From Lama glama (Eukaryota), in NCBI GenBank assembly GCA_028534125.1, contig CM052816.1, forward strand, positions 68,760,001-68,824,000: DNA of 64,000 nucleotides, given 5' to 3'. The notes beneath the pieces were generated by a model. It was given only the letters and a program-made list of their open reading frames with translations. It was not told the origin of the DNA and searched no databases. Of this stretch, positions 37,480 to 50,718 are shown in pieces (the first letter of the stretch is position 1; every line of letters starts with the position of its first letter). The position numbers were made by a program, and so were the translations under genes.

Positions 37480-40287
37480 TAACTCTAGAAGAAAATAATC
37501 TGAACAGACCTATAGTAAGTAGAGAGACTGATTAAACACTCACAAAACTACCCACAAAGAAAAGCTCAGGCCCAGTTGACCTCAAAGGCAAATATATAAG
37601 AATTAATACCAATTCTTCAAAAACTCTTCCAAAAAGTACATGAAGTTGAGGGGAACACTTCCTAACCCATTCTGTGAGGTCAGCATTACCCTAATACCAA
37701 ACCCAGACAAAGACATCAAAAGAAAGGAAAACTACAAACCAGTATCTCTTTTTTATATGGGTGCAAATATTTCTAACAATGTAATAGCAAAACAAATCCA
37801 GTAACACAGAAATAGGATAATAGTATGATCAAGTAGGACTCATCCTAGGAATCCAAAGTTGGTTTAATTTCTGAAAAGCTATTAATATAATATACCATAT
37901 CAGAATAAGTACAAAACAGAATGGAAAAAAAAAACCACATGATACATGAATAGGCACATACAAAGCATTTGACAAAATACAACTCTCATGACAAAAACAC
38001 TCAACAAACTAGGAATAAAAGGAAACTTCCTCAACTTAATGAAGAACACCTATGAAAACATCACACTTAATGGTAAAAGAATGAATGTGTTCTCCTGAAG
38101 ATTAGAAAAAAGACAAGGATATGTCCTTCATCAGTATTGTACCGGAGCTTCTAGCCTGGGCAATTAGGTAAAAATTGGAAATAAAATGCATCCAGATTGA
38201 AAAGGGGAAAGTAAAACTGTCTCCATTTGCAGACAAGAAAATCCTACAGCATCCACTAAAAAGCTATCAGAACTAATAAAGTTACTAGCGAAGTTGAATA
38301 ATGCAAGATCGATATATAAATTCAACTGTATTAATATATGCTTGCCATGAAAACAGTGAAATTGAAAGAACCATTCACAATAGCATCAAAAGATTAAAAT
38401 ACCTGGGAATAAATTTAACAAAAGAAGTTCAAAATTTACACCTGGAAAACAAATTACTGTTGCAATTAATTTTAAAAGATCTAATAAATGGGAAAACATC
38501 CAATGTTCATGATCAAAAGACTTAGTTATGATGACAATACTCTCTCCAAAATGGTCTACAGATTCAATGTAAACCCTATCAGATCCGAGCTGACTTCTTT
38601 GTAGAAACTGACAGACAATAAAATTTATATGGAATTATAAGAGTGGCAGAATAGCCAACACAATCTTGAAAAAGAACAAAGTTGGAGGACTCACCAGCCC
38701 ATTATTTCGAACCTTAACTACAAAGATACAGTGATCCAGACAGTATGGTGCTGGCATAAGGATAGACATACAGATCAACTGAACAGAACTGAGTTCAAAA
38801 ATAAATCCATGTATCTATGATCATCTAAGTTTTGACAAGGATGCCGACATCATTTAAGTGAGGAAAGAATTTTCCAACAAATGGTGCTAGGACAAGAAAA
38901 AAGCTGCATCCTTACCTTAAGTCACATAAAAAAAAATTAACTCAAAATGGATCAAAGACCTAAATGTAAGAGCTAAAACCATAAAACTCTTAGAAGAAAA
39001 CATAGGGGTAAATCTTCATGACCTTGATATTGGCTGTGGTTTTTTTCATATGACATCAAAAGCCTGAGTAACGAAAGAAAAAAATAGAAAAACTGGATTA
39101 CATTAAAATTTAACACTTTCATGCTTCAAAGGACATTATCAAAAAAAGCAAAGGTGGACCAGATGGCTTCACAAGTGTATTCTACCAAGTGTATTCTACC
39201 AAACATTTAGAGAAGACTTAACAGCTATCCTTCTCACACTAGTCCAAAAAACAGAGAAAGAAACTTCTGAACTATCAGAAAGAGAAATTAAGAAAACAAT
39301 TCCATTCACAAATGCATCAAAGACAAATAAACAAACAAACAAAAACCAGGACTAAATCTAAAGAGGTAAAAGACCTGTACTAAAAGAAAACTATACTACA
39401 CTATAGTAAAACTGTAAGCCACTAATGAAAGAAATTGAAGACTTTACAAACAGATGGAAAAAAATACCATGCTCATGGACTGGAAGAATTATTACTGTTA
39501 AGATGATCGTACTTCCCAAGGCAAACTATAGACTCAATACAGCTCCTAACAAAATACCCAACAGCATTTTTCATAAAATTAGAACATGTAAGTCTAAAAT
39601 ATGTATGGAAACATGAAAGACCCTGAATAGCCAAAACAATCTGAAGAAAGAAAAACAAAACTGGAGATGTTACACTCCCTAATTCAAAACTATACTACAA
39701 AGCTACAGTCATCAAAACAGCCTGGTACTGGTACCCACAAAAGACACATTAGTCAATACAGCAGAATAGAAAGCCCAGAAATCAACTCACACTTACATGG
39801 CAATTAATCTACAACAAAGGAGGCAAGAATACACAATTGGGAAAAGACAGCCTCTTCAACAAATGATGTTGGGAAAACTGGACAGACACACATGGAAGAA
39901 TCAAACTGGGCTAATCTCTCATATCATGCACAAAAATCAATTAAAAATAGATTGAAGACTTAAATGTAAGGCGTAAAACCATAAAATTTCCAGAAGCAAA
40001 CACAGGCAGTAAGCTCTTTGACACTGGTCTTAGTAATATATTTTTGGATATATCTCCTCAGGCAAGGAAAACAAAAGCAAAAACAAACAAATGGGTATAC
40101 ATCAAAGTAAAAAAGTTTTCTTCAGCAAAGAAAACTATCAACAAAATGAAAGATTACCTACTGAATGGGAGAAGATACTTGCAAATACTATATCTGATAG
40201 ATAACATTCAAAGTATATAAAGAAGTCATACAACTTGATACCTAAAAAAAACCCCAAGCAACTTGATTAAAAAATGGCAGAGGACCT
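37480..40287 (+). mobile_element. Two adjacent L1 ORF2 fragments (junction near 39155)
   Basis: The same ORF2 region occurs twice (e.g. EIEDFTNRWKKIPCSWTGRI in the second copy), with many stops. It runs into the assembly gap. Confidence 0.88.
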
Positions 40288-40787
40288 NNNNNNNNNNNNN
40301 NNNNNNNNNNNNNNNNNNNNNNNNNNNNNNNNNNNNNNNNNNNNNNNNNNNNNNNNNNNNNNNNNNNNNNNNNNNNNNNNNNNNNNNNNNNNNNNNNNNN
40401 NNNNNNNNNNNNNNNNNNNNNNNNNNNNNNNNNNNNNNNNNNNNNNNNNNNNNNNNNNNNNNNNNNNNNNNNNNNNNNNNNNNNNNNNNNNNNNNNNNNN
40501 NNNNNNNNNNNNNNNNNNNNNNNNNNNNNNNNNNNNNNNNNNNNNNNNNNNNNNNNNNNNNNNNNNNNNNNNNNNNNNNNNNNNNNNNNNNNNNNNNNNN
40601 NNNNNNNNNNNNNNNNNNNNNNNNNNNNNNNNNNNNNNNNNNNNNNNNNNNNNNNNNNNNNNNNNNNNNNNNNNNNNNNNNNNNNNNNNNNNNNNNNNNN
40701 NNNNNNNNNNNNNNNNNNNNNNNNNNNNNNNNNNNNNNNNNNNNNNNNNNNNNNNNNNNNNNNNNNNNNNNNNNNNNNNNNNNNNNN
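40288..40787. other. Assembly gap (500 N)
   Basis: Run of N. Confidence 0.99.
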
Positions 40788-41870
40788 TATTTTTGCCTAT
40801 CCCAATATCACAGATGTTTTCTCATGTTCTTCTTGAAGTTTCTAGTGTTAGCTCTTCCATTTAGAATTATGGTTTCCTTTGACTTAATTTTTATGTATCA
40901 TGTGAGATAAAAGTAAGGGTTTAAATTAATCTTTTTATATGTGAATAATTGTTCCCGTTGAAAAACTATTATTTTTCCACTGAATTACCTTTGAACTGAA
41001 TTGACCACTGAACTCCTTGTGAATTGACTTTAAATGTATGGGTTGAGTTTTGGACTTCCTGTTCTACTGATCTCTATGTCTGTCCTTATTCCAGTATCAC
41101 ACTATCTTGATTTACTGTAGCTTTAAATTTAAGTATTGAAATTAGGTAATAAGAGTCCTCTAACTTCATTTTTTCTTAAAACTGTTTGGGCTTTTTCAGG
41201 TCCTTTGCATTTTCCAATAAAATTTTAAGATTAGTTTATTAATATCTACCAAAAAAGACTAGTAGAATTTTTAGAGATTGTATTGGGAGAGAATTGTCTC
41301 ATCTTAGTATTTTTCACTTCCAATCCATGAGCATGGTATATTCTTTCATTATTTACATCTTTTAAATTTCTCTCTGAAGTATTGTGTAGTTTCAGTGTAT
41401 AAGTCTTACATTTTCTTAAATCTATAAGTATTTTACTGGTTCATATTGTTGCAAATGGTATTCTCTCTTAAGTTCATAGTTGGATTGCTAATAGCTTGAA
41501 TACTAAAGTATAGTTTATTTTTATATGGTGATATTTTGTCCTGTGAATTTGTTAATAAACTTGCTCGTTAATAAGTTTTAGTAACTGCACATTCTGTAAG
41601 ATTTTCTGTGTAGACAATGATACTGCCTGTGAATAAAGACAGTTTTTGCTGCTTCTTTCCAGTATGTTATGCCTTCAGTTTCTTTTTCTTATTGCATTGG
41701 CAATATCCAGTTCAATGTTGAATAGTAGTAATGAGAGTGAACCATCTTTGCCTATAACTGAGCTTAGAGAAAAAGCATTCAGTGTTTCACCATGAAGTGT
41801 AATATTAGTTGTTTTTCCCTAGGTGCCCTTTATCGGGTTGAGGAAGTTCCTTTCTATTCTTAGTTGGGAA
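40788..41870 (-). mobile_element. Old L1 ORF2 fragment
   Basis: Antisense L1 ORF2 (TTCCAATCCATGAGCATGG, GGGTTGAGGAAGTTCCTTTCTATTCTTAGT). It is continuous with the L1 at 61887 if the block is flipped. Confidence 0.85.
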
Positions 41871-41894
41871 TAAGTGAAAAAAAAGTTTAAAACA

Positions 41895-42697
41895 CATGTT
41901 TGGATGGCTGTTATCAAAAAGATAAGAGATAGCAAGTGTTGGCAAGAATATGAAGAACAGGGAGCCCTTGTGCACTCTTGGTACAGCCACTATGAAAAAC
42001 AGTATGGAGGTTTCTCAAAAAAATTAAAAATAGAACTACTATATGAGCCAGCAATCCCACTTTTGGGTACAGTGAAATTAATATCTCAAGGAGCTACATT
42101 CCCATTATTCACAATATCTAAGACAAGGAAACAACCTCTATCCATTATAGTTGAATGGATAAAGAAAATGTGGTATGTTTGTCTTTCTGTATACACATAC
42201 ACATACACACACACACATAATCACAATGGAATGTTATTCAGCCATCAAAAAAAGGCTGCTATTTGTGACAGCATGGATGGACCTTGAGAGCAATTATCCA
42301 TCCAGATAAATCAGAAAAAGGCAAATACTTTGTGATCTCACTTACACGTGGTATCTAAAAAAGCTGAACTCATTGAAACAGTGAATTAAATGGTGGTTGC
42401 CAGGCGCTAGGGTGGGTGGAGTGGAGGAAATGGGAAGATGTTAGTCAAAGGGAACAAACTTGTATTTATAAAATGAATAGGTTCTGGGGATCTAAGGTAG
42501 AGCATGGTAACTGTAGTTAACAATACTGTTTTATATATTTGAAAGATGCCAAGAATATAGATCTTAAATTTTCTCACCAGAAAAAAGCCATAAGATAATT
42601 ATTGAGGTGATAGATACGCTAATTAACTTTATTGTTAATTATGCCTTAAACTTATACAACTTTGTACATCAATTACATCTCAATAAAACTGGTAAAA
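41895..42697 (+). mobile_element. L1 (L1MA-like) 3' end nested in the older L1
   Basis: MAVIKKIRDSKCWQE...LKIELLYEPAIPLLG, then a 3' UTR ending CAATTACATCTCAATAAAACTGG. Confidence 0.85.
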
Positions 42698-43189
42698 AGC
42701 CAAGTCTGTTGAGGATCTTAAAAGAAGCAATGTATTTTATCAAATGCTTTTCCATCTATAGAGGCAAGGATGTGGCATTTGCTTTTTATTCCATTAATGT
42801 GGTACATTACATTAATTTTCTAACAGGCAGAGGCTCTGTAAACTTCTAGAGGCCTATCTATAGAACCAGAGGTGTTTCACTTTCAAGAAATAGGGTAACC
42901 ATTAGTAATCCATTGGTATTAGTAGTTAATGTACATTAACTTCAAGAGACCAGAGTTGAAATTAGAATGTTCTTTTTTATTTAGACCACTATACTTCAGA
43001 TTTATCATAATTATTGCTGTAATAGTTTGTTGAAAGTAAGTAGAATAAGATATTAATATTCTAAGAAGTTCACTTAAGTGATTGGGAAAGTATGGACACA
43101 ATTTATATATTAATAGAATTTTTTCAATTGTATACTTTTAAAGACAAGGTTTTATAATACTTTATTCTTATTTGTTTTCACATTTTTAG

Positions 43190-43364
43190 ATATGCCATTG
43201 CACTGGCCTTAAGGGAAAAACAGCGTGTAATATTTACCAGCCCAATTAAGGCATTGAGTAACCAGAAATACCGTGAAATGTATGAAGAGTTTCAAGATGT
43301 TGGTCTGATGACTGGAGATGTTACTATTAATCCTACAGCATCTTGTCTTGTTATGACCACAGAG
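43190..43364 (+). CDS. MTREX: MTREX exon 6 (175 nt), in the inverted block
   Basis: AG/GT bounded. Encodes [58 protein letters not shown] (motifs Ia/Ib). Confidence 0.97.
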
Positions 43365-44376
43365 GTAATTTATATGGTGTCTCATCAGACCTTTCCTTTT
43401 TAATTTAATTAATGTGGCTATTCAATTAAAATAGCTAATGTTTTATTACTTGCTCTATATAGATAAAATGTAATACTTTACTTTCTGAATAGATTTACTT
43501 GAAAGGGATAAAGTTCATCTTTTAAAGGCATATTGTCAGTGACATGAAAATAGTTTGATGGTTTTCTGTAGTTTTAAGAATTTGAATACATTGCTTCAAA
43601 TTAGTAGTGGCGCCTTGTTCCTTGTGATTTTTTTTTTTCCTTCTGCATCTGAGTGTTGATACAAATAGATAAATAACTTTAAAAAAAATGCCCAATTATG
43701 TTTAGCTGCTTCCCATAACTACAGTTAAGTTTTGCATATACTTACAGCATCTTACATTTTGTACAGATCAGCTGTCTTTACAGTACTTTTGTACATGCTT
43801 TAATTTTATCTTTGCATTTTTACAAAGAGACACTAGGGAGCATAAATTTAGCTTCTGGTATGTAGCAGCCAAAAACATTGCTCACTTTTCATCTTGGTGC
43901 CCAAAATCAGTTCATTTTCCATTTTCAAAACTTTTCTTCTATCTGTGGAAGATTTTCTTTAACTCAAAAATCAGGATAGTGATTGCTAGAAAGTATCTAT
44001 ATTGTCAAGATGAAGTAGAAAAAGTGAATAAGCAGTATGAGGTTCATTGTATTGGTTAGGAGATAACTCTAAATTGCTCTCATATCCTAGAAAGTGTCTG
44101 TCTTGGGATAAGTGCTGTACCTATAAGAAGGTGGCTTCATGTCCGACATATATAGAGATAGAGATGATAATAATTCTCTCCATGAATTGTATCAGATTAG
44201 TAATTGTTGAAACATTTGGATTATTTATTTTGGATTTAGAAAAGAAATGTTATATATTTAAGATATGTAACCTCCTAAAATTATTTTAATATTTCCATTA
44301 AAAAAGAATTCCCCAAATTCCTTGTTAGAAGAGCTTTTCATATGTCACAATCTTGCTAAATCTTCTTTTACTTTAG

Positions 44377-44467
44377 ATTTTGAGAAGTATGCTATACAGA
44401 GGTTCTGAAGTTATGCGAGAAGTTGCTTGGGTCATATTTGATGAAATTCATTACATGAGAGATTCAG
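44377..44467 (+). CDS. MTREX: MTREX exon 7 (91 nt)
   Basis: Encodes [30 protein letters not shown], containing the DExH box (DEIH). Confidence 0.97.
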
Positions 44468-45686
44468 GTATATCTTCCTTGTTGTTGAGACATGTTCTAT
44501 GTTTTTTTTCTCTAAGAAAGGCATTAGGAATTTTGAACAAGTAGTTGTTGAATTTTCATGTGGCTAGAGTTCTAGTCAGCTAAGTTGTGGACAACGTGAT
44601 ACATAGCATTTCCAATAGGATCTGATTCAGTTACAGCTTCTTAAATAGTAACAATTTCTGGGTGCGAAAATGCAAATTTGAATTTAAAAATGGGGTTAGT
44701 TTGATTTTAATAGAGTTCTCTAACATAACTAATGTTAGGAATTTCCAAAACTTACAGCCTACAGTTTCTTGATTTTTATTTATTTTAGTTTTTAGAAAAC
44801 TAAGAAATGCATGTGTATAGTAAAAAAAAAAAAAATACAGTGAGGATTATGAAATAAAAATGGCCAAAAAGAATAAAATATAAATATCCCTTTACTTGAA
44901 CTGTTAAACTACTGTAATGGAAAAAGTAAGTGTACTTGGAATTTTGGATGGCTCTTGGAGGATGAAGGTTAACAAACACATTTAAAATTAAGTGTTTAAT
45001 GTGCATGTACACACTTAAAACTTAGTTTTTATTTGAGCTAAAGCACTGTTAACCTCTATTTATAGTGAAAGTAATACAATTTAAGAAATCCTTTACTCTT
45101 TAAACATTTTACTCTTTAACAAATTTATAAGATTAAGTTCTGAACAGAGTTGTTTTGGTTATTAAATCATGAATCCTGTATTGATTTGTTCTCGTTGGGG
45201 GGAAATTTTCTAACTAATTTTTCTGTTTTAATAAAACTGACTTAGAGTTTTGCTCTTCATCAAATCTTTCATCTCTGGAGGTTATGAGGGTAATTTGGAT
45301 GAAAGATGCTGTATGGTATAGTAATGATGTTTCTATGAAATTTGTTACTGTGACTTTCTATAAGCCAGTAACTTCTGTTTCTCAAAGTGGAAATACTATT
45401 TCCATTGTCATGGGACTCTTGTTAGGCTGTTTGAAAAAGATTCAGTTTGGAGCTGCTTTTTGCTGTTGTTTGAAAGTACGTTGTCTTTATAGTGGTTTAG
45501 CCTGCTGACTTCCTACTAGATAAATTCAGTGTAAGAATTAAAGTGGTTTACAATAAGGGTCTGTGGCTAAAAATATTCTTGTGTAAAGTCATCTGCATTT
45601 CTAATTATTGATCTTGAGAGGAAGACAATTTTAGGTTCTTATCAATAAAGTGACATTTAATTCCAAGATATATTTGTATTTTTCAG

Positions 45687-45811
45687 AGCGTGGTGTCGTA
45701 TGGGAAGAAACTATTATTTTGCTTCCTGATAATGTTCACTATGTCTTTCTTTCGGCTACCATTCCAAATGCCCGACAGTTTGCTGAATGGATTTGCCATT
45801 TACATAAACAG
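45687..45811 (+). CDS. MTREX: MTREX exon 8 (125 nt)
   Basis: Encodes (E)[41 protein letters not shown], containing motif III (SAT). Confidence 0.97.
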
Positions 45812-45984
45812 GTATTTTCTTTCTCTTTTTTGATGTTTTCAATTTTTAAAATGTTGCAAGTTGGCCTTACTATGTCCTATACTTTGTTCCTAGTGCTGCC
45901 TAGAGTAAACAAGACATTTTAATGTGAAACTACTTTCCAAATCAGGCAAGCTTATTATAATCAACTGACTAGTTTTTTTTTAAG

Positions 45985-46112
45985 TGTGGATTTCTGGGTC
46001 CCGTCTCAAACCCAATATATGAAAATCTCTGGGAGTAGGGGTCCTAGAAGTTCTAACTTTTAAAAGCTCCCAAGGTGATCCTGATGATCTGCCAGGTTTG
46101 GAAACTACTGCA
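45985..46112. mobile_element. MER5A-like hAT fragment
   Basis: AATCTCTGGGAGTAGGGG...AAGCTCCCAAGGTGATCCTGATG...GTTTGGAAACTACTG. Confidence 0.65.
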
Positions 46113-46889
46113 TTGTACAGTGAACCATGAGTACACAATAGAGAATTTCCTCTAAGACCTTGGTATAAGGAAAAAACTGGGCATCTCCTGAGCATGTGAT
46201 TTGATTTTTCTCATGTAAATGCAGACTTTTCATTGACTTTGTTTCTCTTTTTACTTTTTTAGTCCAATATCAACAGCATTAAAGGATTTAAAACAAGCAT
46301 TTGTTCATGTATACTAAACTTTTTCTTGGTTTTATTTTTCTGTCCTTATTTTCCCTTTACGCCAGAACCCTCACAAATTTATATTTAACCATCTGTAAGC
46401 TCTCTAATGATGTTTTTGTAAAACATGTTGCTTCTGAAGAATAGAAACCCAGTGGATCTTCTGAAGAAATTAGATCAACCTGCTGCTTTAGTCAGGCTTT
46501 GAAAAGTTTCTGTGGGGTGGAAAAGTTCCATTTTACTTAAGGGAGCATTCTGTGTTACCTTATTACTGCTCCATAGAAACAGACATCTTTAATTATGGCA
46601 TCATAGGTCTAGGGTATGGGTCTAAGATCATTATTGAAACTCAAATCATGTATTTGGCCCTGATTAGGGAATTAGTAAAACTGAATAGATGGTAGTATGA
46701 TTTGATAGACCTAATTTTTCCAAATTTTTTCTTACCTGGTTTTTAAAGTTTTTTTAAAAAAGTATTTTCTTTTTGAAATATTGAATTCAAAGATTTATCT
46801 CCTCAGAATCCTTTAGGTAGGTCAAATACATGGTATTATTTTGAAGAAACAAAATATATGCTTAATTATTTTTTTGTTTGTCTTTACAG

Positions 46890-46988
46890 CCTTGCCATGT
46901 AATTTACACAGATTATCGGCCTACTCCATTGCAGCACTACATTTTTCCAGCAGGGGGAGATGGTCTGCACCTTGTGGTTGATGAAAAT
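46890..46988 (+). CDS. MTREX: MTREX exon 9 (99 nt)
   Basis: CAG acceptor and GTAAGG donor. Encodes [33 protein letters not shown]. Confidence 0.97.
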
Positions 46989-47160
46989 GTAAGGGAGTAA
47001 TTGTCATTCTTACATCTATAATGTCATACCTTGCTGTTTATACCTGTTTTTCTTTAAACTAGGTAAGAATAACAGATCCATTTTTTTCTTAAATAGTTTT
47101 ATGGTCCAAAGTTATTAGTTTTTTGTATTTTTGTTTCAAAAATTATATTTAGGACTCATT

Positions 47161-47392
47161 TTTTTAATTATTATTATATTTTATTTTTTAAACTTTTTTT
47201 TATTGAGTTATAGTCCTTTTACAATGTTATGTCAAATTCCAGTGTAGAGCACAGTTTTTCAGTTATACGTGAACATAACATACATTCATTGTCACATTCT
47301 CTTTTGCTGTGAGCCACCACAGGATGCTGTATATATTTCCCTGTACTATACAGTATAATCTTGTTTATCTATTCTACATTTTGAAATCCCAG
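47161..47392 (-). mobile_element. Young 5'-truncated L1 3' end with target-site duplication
   Basis: TTTTTTATTGAGTTATAGTC...TACAATGTTATGTCAAATTCCAGTGTAGAGC, flanked on both sides by GGACTCAT(T/G)TTTTT. Confidence 0.8.
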
Positions 47393-47621
47393 GGACTCAT
47401 GTTTTTTTTAAATGCATGAATTAGATTTCCCTCATTTTCCATTATTTTCAAATGCCTGGAGAATAAGGGGCTATGGACACATTTCAGATATATTCTGCTT
47501 TTCCCAGTTTTATTATTATATTAAGTTATTATTTGAAGAAGCTTTGTTTTGAGGTATGAAAAATGTTTGGATTATGATTAGGTATTCATTAAGTTACATA
47601 GAAAAATATCTGTAATTCCAG

Positions 47622-47724
47622 GGTGACTTCAGAGAAGATAATTTTAATACTGCGATGCAAGTACTTCGGGATGCTGGTGATTTGGCAAAAGGAGATCAAA
47701 AGGGGCGGAAAGGAGGAACAAAAG
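47622..47724 (+). CDS. MTREX: MTREX exon 10 (103 nt)
   Basis: AG/GT bounded. Encodes GDFREDNFNTAMQVLRDAGDLAKGDQKGRKGGTK(G). Confidence 0.96.
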
Positions 47725-47879
47725 GTAATTTGGAACTTTGTTTTGAGACAATTTTACATATATTTTCAAGTTACATTTTATGTTTTTTAACTTTTTTTCC
47801 TCAGGAAGCTATGTTAAAGATCTAGATACAGAATGATAAAATTGGATGAATAAAGGTTGATCTCTTTTTCTGATACGAG

Positions 47880-49172
47880 TTTTATTGAGATATAATTCAT
47901 ATATTCTACAATTCACCCATTAAAGTATGTAACTCAGTAGTTATTAGTATATTCACAGAATTATGCAAACAATTTTTTTATTGAGATACAAGTCATACCA
48001 TAGAATTCACCATTTTTAAGTGTATGATTAAATGGATTTTAATATATTTACACAGTTGTGCAACTACTATTTAATTTCAGAACATTTTCATTAACTCAAG
48101 AAGAAACCCCATACCCATTAGTGGTCATTCTTCATTTCCTTCCAACCTCTTCCCCACTACCCCTCAACCTTAGGCAATTACTAATCTATTTTGTTTCTAT
48201 TTTTCTTTTCTGTATATTTCATATAAATAAAATCATTATATATATGGTCTTTTGCAACTGGCTTCTTTCACTTATCTTGTTTTCAAGATTCATTCAAGAT
48301 TCATCCATGTTTGAAGCATGTATCAGCCCTTCATTCCTTCTTATGATCAAAAAATATTCCATTGTATGATATACCACATTTTATTTGTCCATTCTTCAGT
48401 TGATGGACATTTAGGTTGTCTTCCACTTTTTAGTTGTTGTGACTAATGCTGCTGTAAACAGTTGTGTGCTGCAAGTTTTTGTATGCACATGTTTTCTTTT
48501 CTCATAAGAATGTATCTGCGAGTGCATTTGCTGAGTCATACAGTAATTCTGTGTTTAACCTTTTGAAGTAATTGTCAAATTATTTTCCAAAGTGGCTGTA
48601 CCATTATACATTCCCATCAGAAGGGTTATGAGGTTTCCATTTCCTCCACACCCTTGCCAGTACTTACTATAATCTGTGTAGTTGATTATGGGCATCCTAG
48701 TGAGTATGAAGTAGTATCTCAGTGTGGTTTTAATTTACATTTCTCTGGTGGCTAATGATATTGAGGATCTTTTACTGTGCTTATTGGCCATTTGTTTATC
48801 TTTGGAGAAATATCTATTCATATCCTTTGCCTATTCAAAAATTAGATCCTTTTTGTTGAATTATAAGAATTCTTTATATATTCTGGATCCTTGATCATTG
48901 TCAGATACGTGATTTCCAAATATTTTCCCCCATCTGTGAGTTAGAGTTGTCTTTTCATTTTATTGTTGGTTTCTGTTGAAGCACAAAAGTTTTGAATTTT
49001 GATGAAATCCAATTCATGTGGTTTTTTTTGTTGTTTATACTTTTGGTATCATATCTAAGAATGCTTTGCCTAACCCAAGATCATGAAGATATACTTCTGT
49101 ATGCTTTTTAAGAGTTTTATAGTTCTAGATTTTACATTTGTCTGTGATCCATTTGAGTTAACGTTGGGGTAT
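47880..49172 (-). mobile_element. Old L1 (L1MB-like) 3' UTR and ORF2 end, with a doubled 3' terminus
   Basis: TTTATTGAGATA...CACC occurs twice (about 47880 and 47977), followed by continuous antisense L1 up to TGATCCATTTGAGTTAA. Confidence 0.85.
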
Positions 49173-49192
49173 GGTTTATGTCCTCTTTGCAG

Positions 49193-49324
49193 GACCATCA
49201 AATGTATTCAAGATTGTGAAGATGATTATGGAAAGAAATTTTCAGCCTGTAATTATTTTCAGTTTCAGTAAGAAAGATTGTGAAGCCTATGCACTTCAAA
49301 TGACCAAATTAGATTTCAACACAG
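49193..49324 (+). CDS. MTREX: MTREX exon 11 (132 nt)
   Basis: Encodes (G)PSNVFKIVKMIMERNFQPVIIFSFSKKDCEAYALQMTKLDFNT(D), containing motif IV. Confidence 0.97.
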
Positions 49325-50638
49325 GTACTATATAATTTCAGTATAACTTCAATGTTATGTGAAAATGAATGTAAATATATTTCTGATAAGGCATTATCTA
49401 TTGTGTATTGTTAGGATATGCAGTTCATCTTACAGTTACAGGAGTAGGTACTCATCACATCTGTAAAAGCTTTAAGAGGCCCCTGATTTATCATTTCTTT
49501 CCCTTTCTTCTGTCTTTTATTGGAAGATATGTACATTGTTCTATATAAAATCCAGAGAGCCCCACTAAGAAATACCAGACTCATACATACCTTCTTATAC
49601 TTCATTGCCATAGCTCCTTGGTTATTGTGGTTTTCTATCTGACTACTTAAGGTAAGTCTCTTAGTCAGACTACCTTCTGTTATGCTTTGTTCTTCTAGAA
49701 ATTGAAACCAGGAAAACCTGCCCTTTACCTAACTAGGGTTTAATTTTTGTATAAAATACAATACCTTCTAGCAGATTAATAAATTATTCCCATATGGTAA
49801 TGTAAATGTAAGTCACCTAAAGTCACACAGCTAGATAGTAGCATTGCCCAGGCAAAAATTGCAGCCTGCTGAATAACCAGTGGAGTTGCACAGTCAGCCT
49901 TTTACGTATCTAATTCTGTACAGTGAGAAATAAATAATATCTTTAGTCATCCAAAATCAAATTTCAGTTGTCTTATTTTCTTTATCAAGGTGTACAGGTC
50001 TAATCTTGTGTATTTTAAAGCTAATTTTTACTTATCCATGGGTAAAAATAACAGATGACAGATAACGCATATAACCTTATAAAGACAATAGTATTTTAAC
50101 TTTTTGACAGTGAATTGCTCTACTTAGAAATGTTTTCTTAAAATTACCAGTGATGGATATGCTTAATGTTTCATAGTTATATATTGGTGAAGTCAACAAG
50201 TAATTATTGACTATCTTTTAATTGACATTGTACAGGAGAGCAATGTAATTGTTGAGAGCATAGGCTTCAGGATTGTTGATCCGACAGTTAATACCAGTGC
50301 GCATCATTTGCTCTAAGCCTCACTTTCCTCAGTAGTGGATAATAATAATCCCTGTGTTCTATTATTGTTAGACTTCAGTATTGGATGTAGACACTTAATG
50401 TAGTTATTGTTTCTGTTTTAATAGTACTCTTATTCATGGATTAAGTCTGCTAGATATATTTTGAAAGGCGTAATTATTAAATAATTATGTAGTAAATTTT
50501 ATCTCCTTGCCCTTCTGACTATATCTTAAATCCTGACTCTTTTACTCTTTATAGACTCTTATTCTTTGCAGTGTGTGAAATTTGGTATCACTGACTCACC
50601 ACTGAGATATTTATATACCTTTGGCTTTTCTCTCTTAG

Positions 50639-50718
50639 ATGAAGAGAAGAAGATGGTTGAAGAAGTATTCAGTAACGCAATTGATTGCTTATCTGATGAA
50701 GATAAAAAGCTCCCGCAG
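50639..50718 (+). CDS. MTREX: MTREX exon 12 (80 nt)
   Basis: AG/GT bounded. Encodes (D)EEKKMVEEVFSNAIDCLSDEDKKLPQ. Confidence 0.96.

Noticed and set aside
40263..40910. Long ORFs in the ORF track here and at 55132-55428 and 61275-61924
   Set aside because: They are artefacts of translating through N runs.
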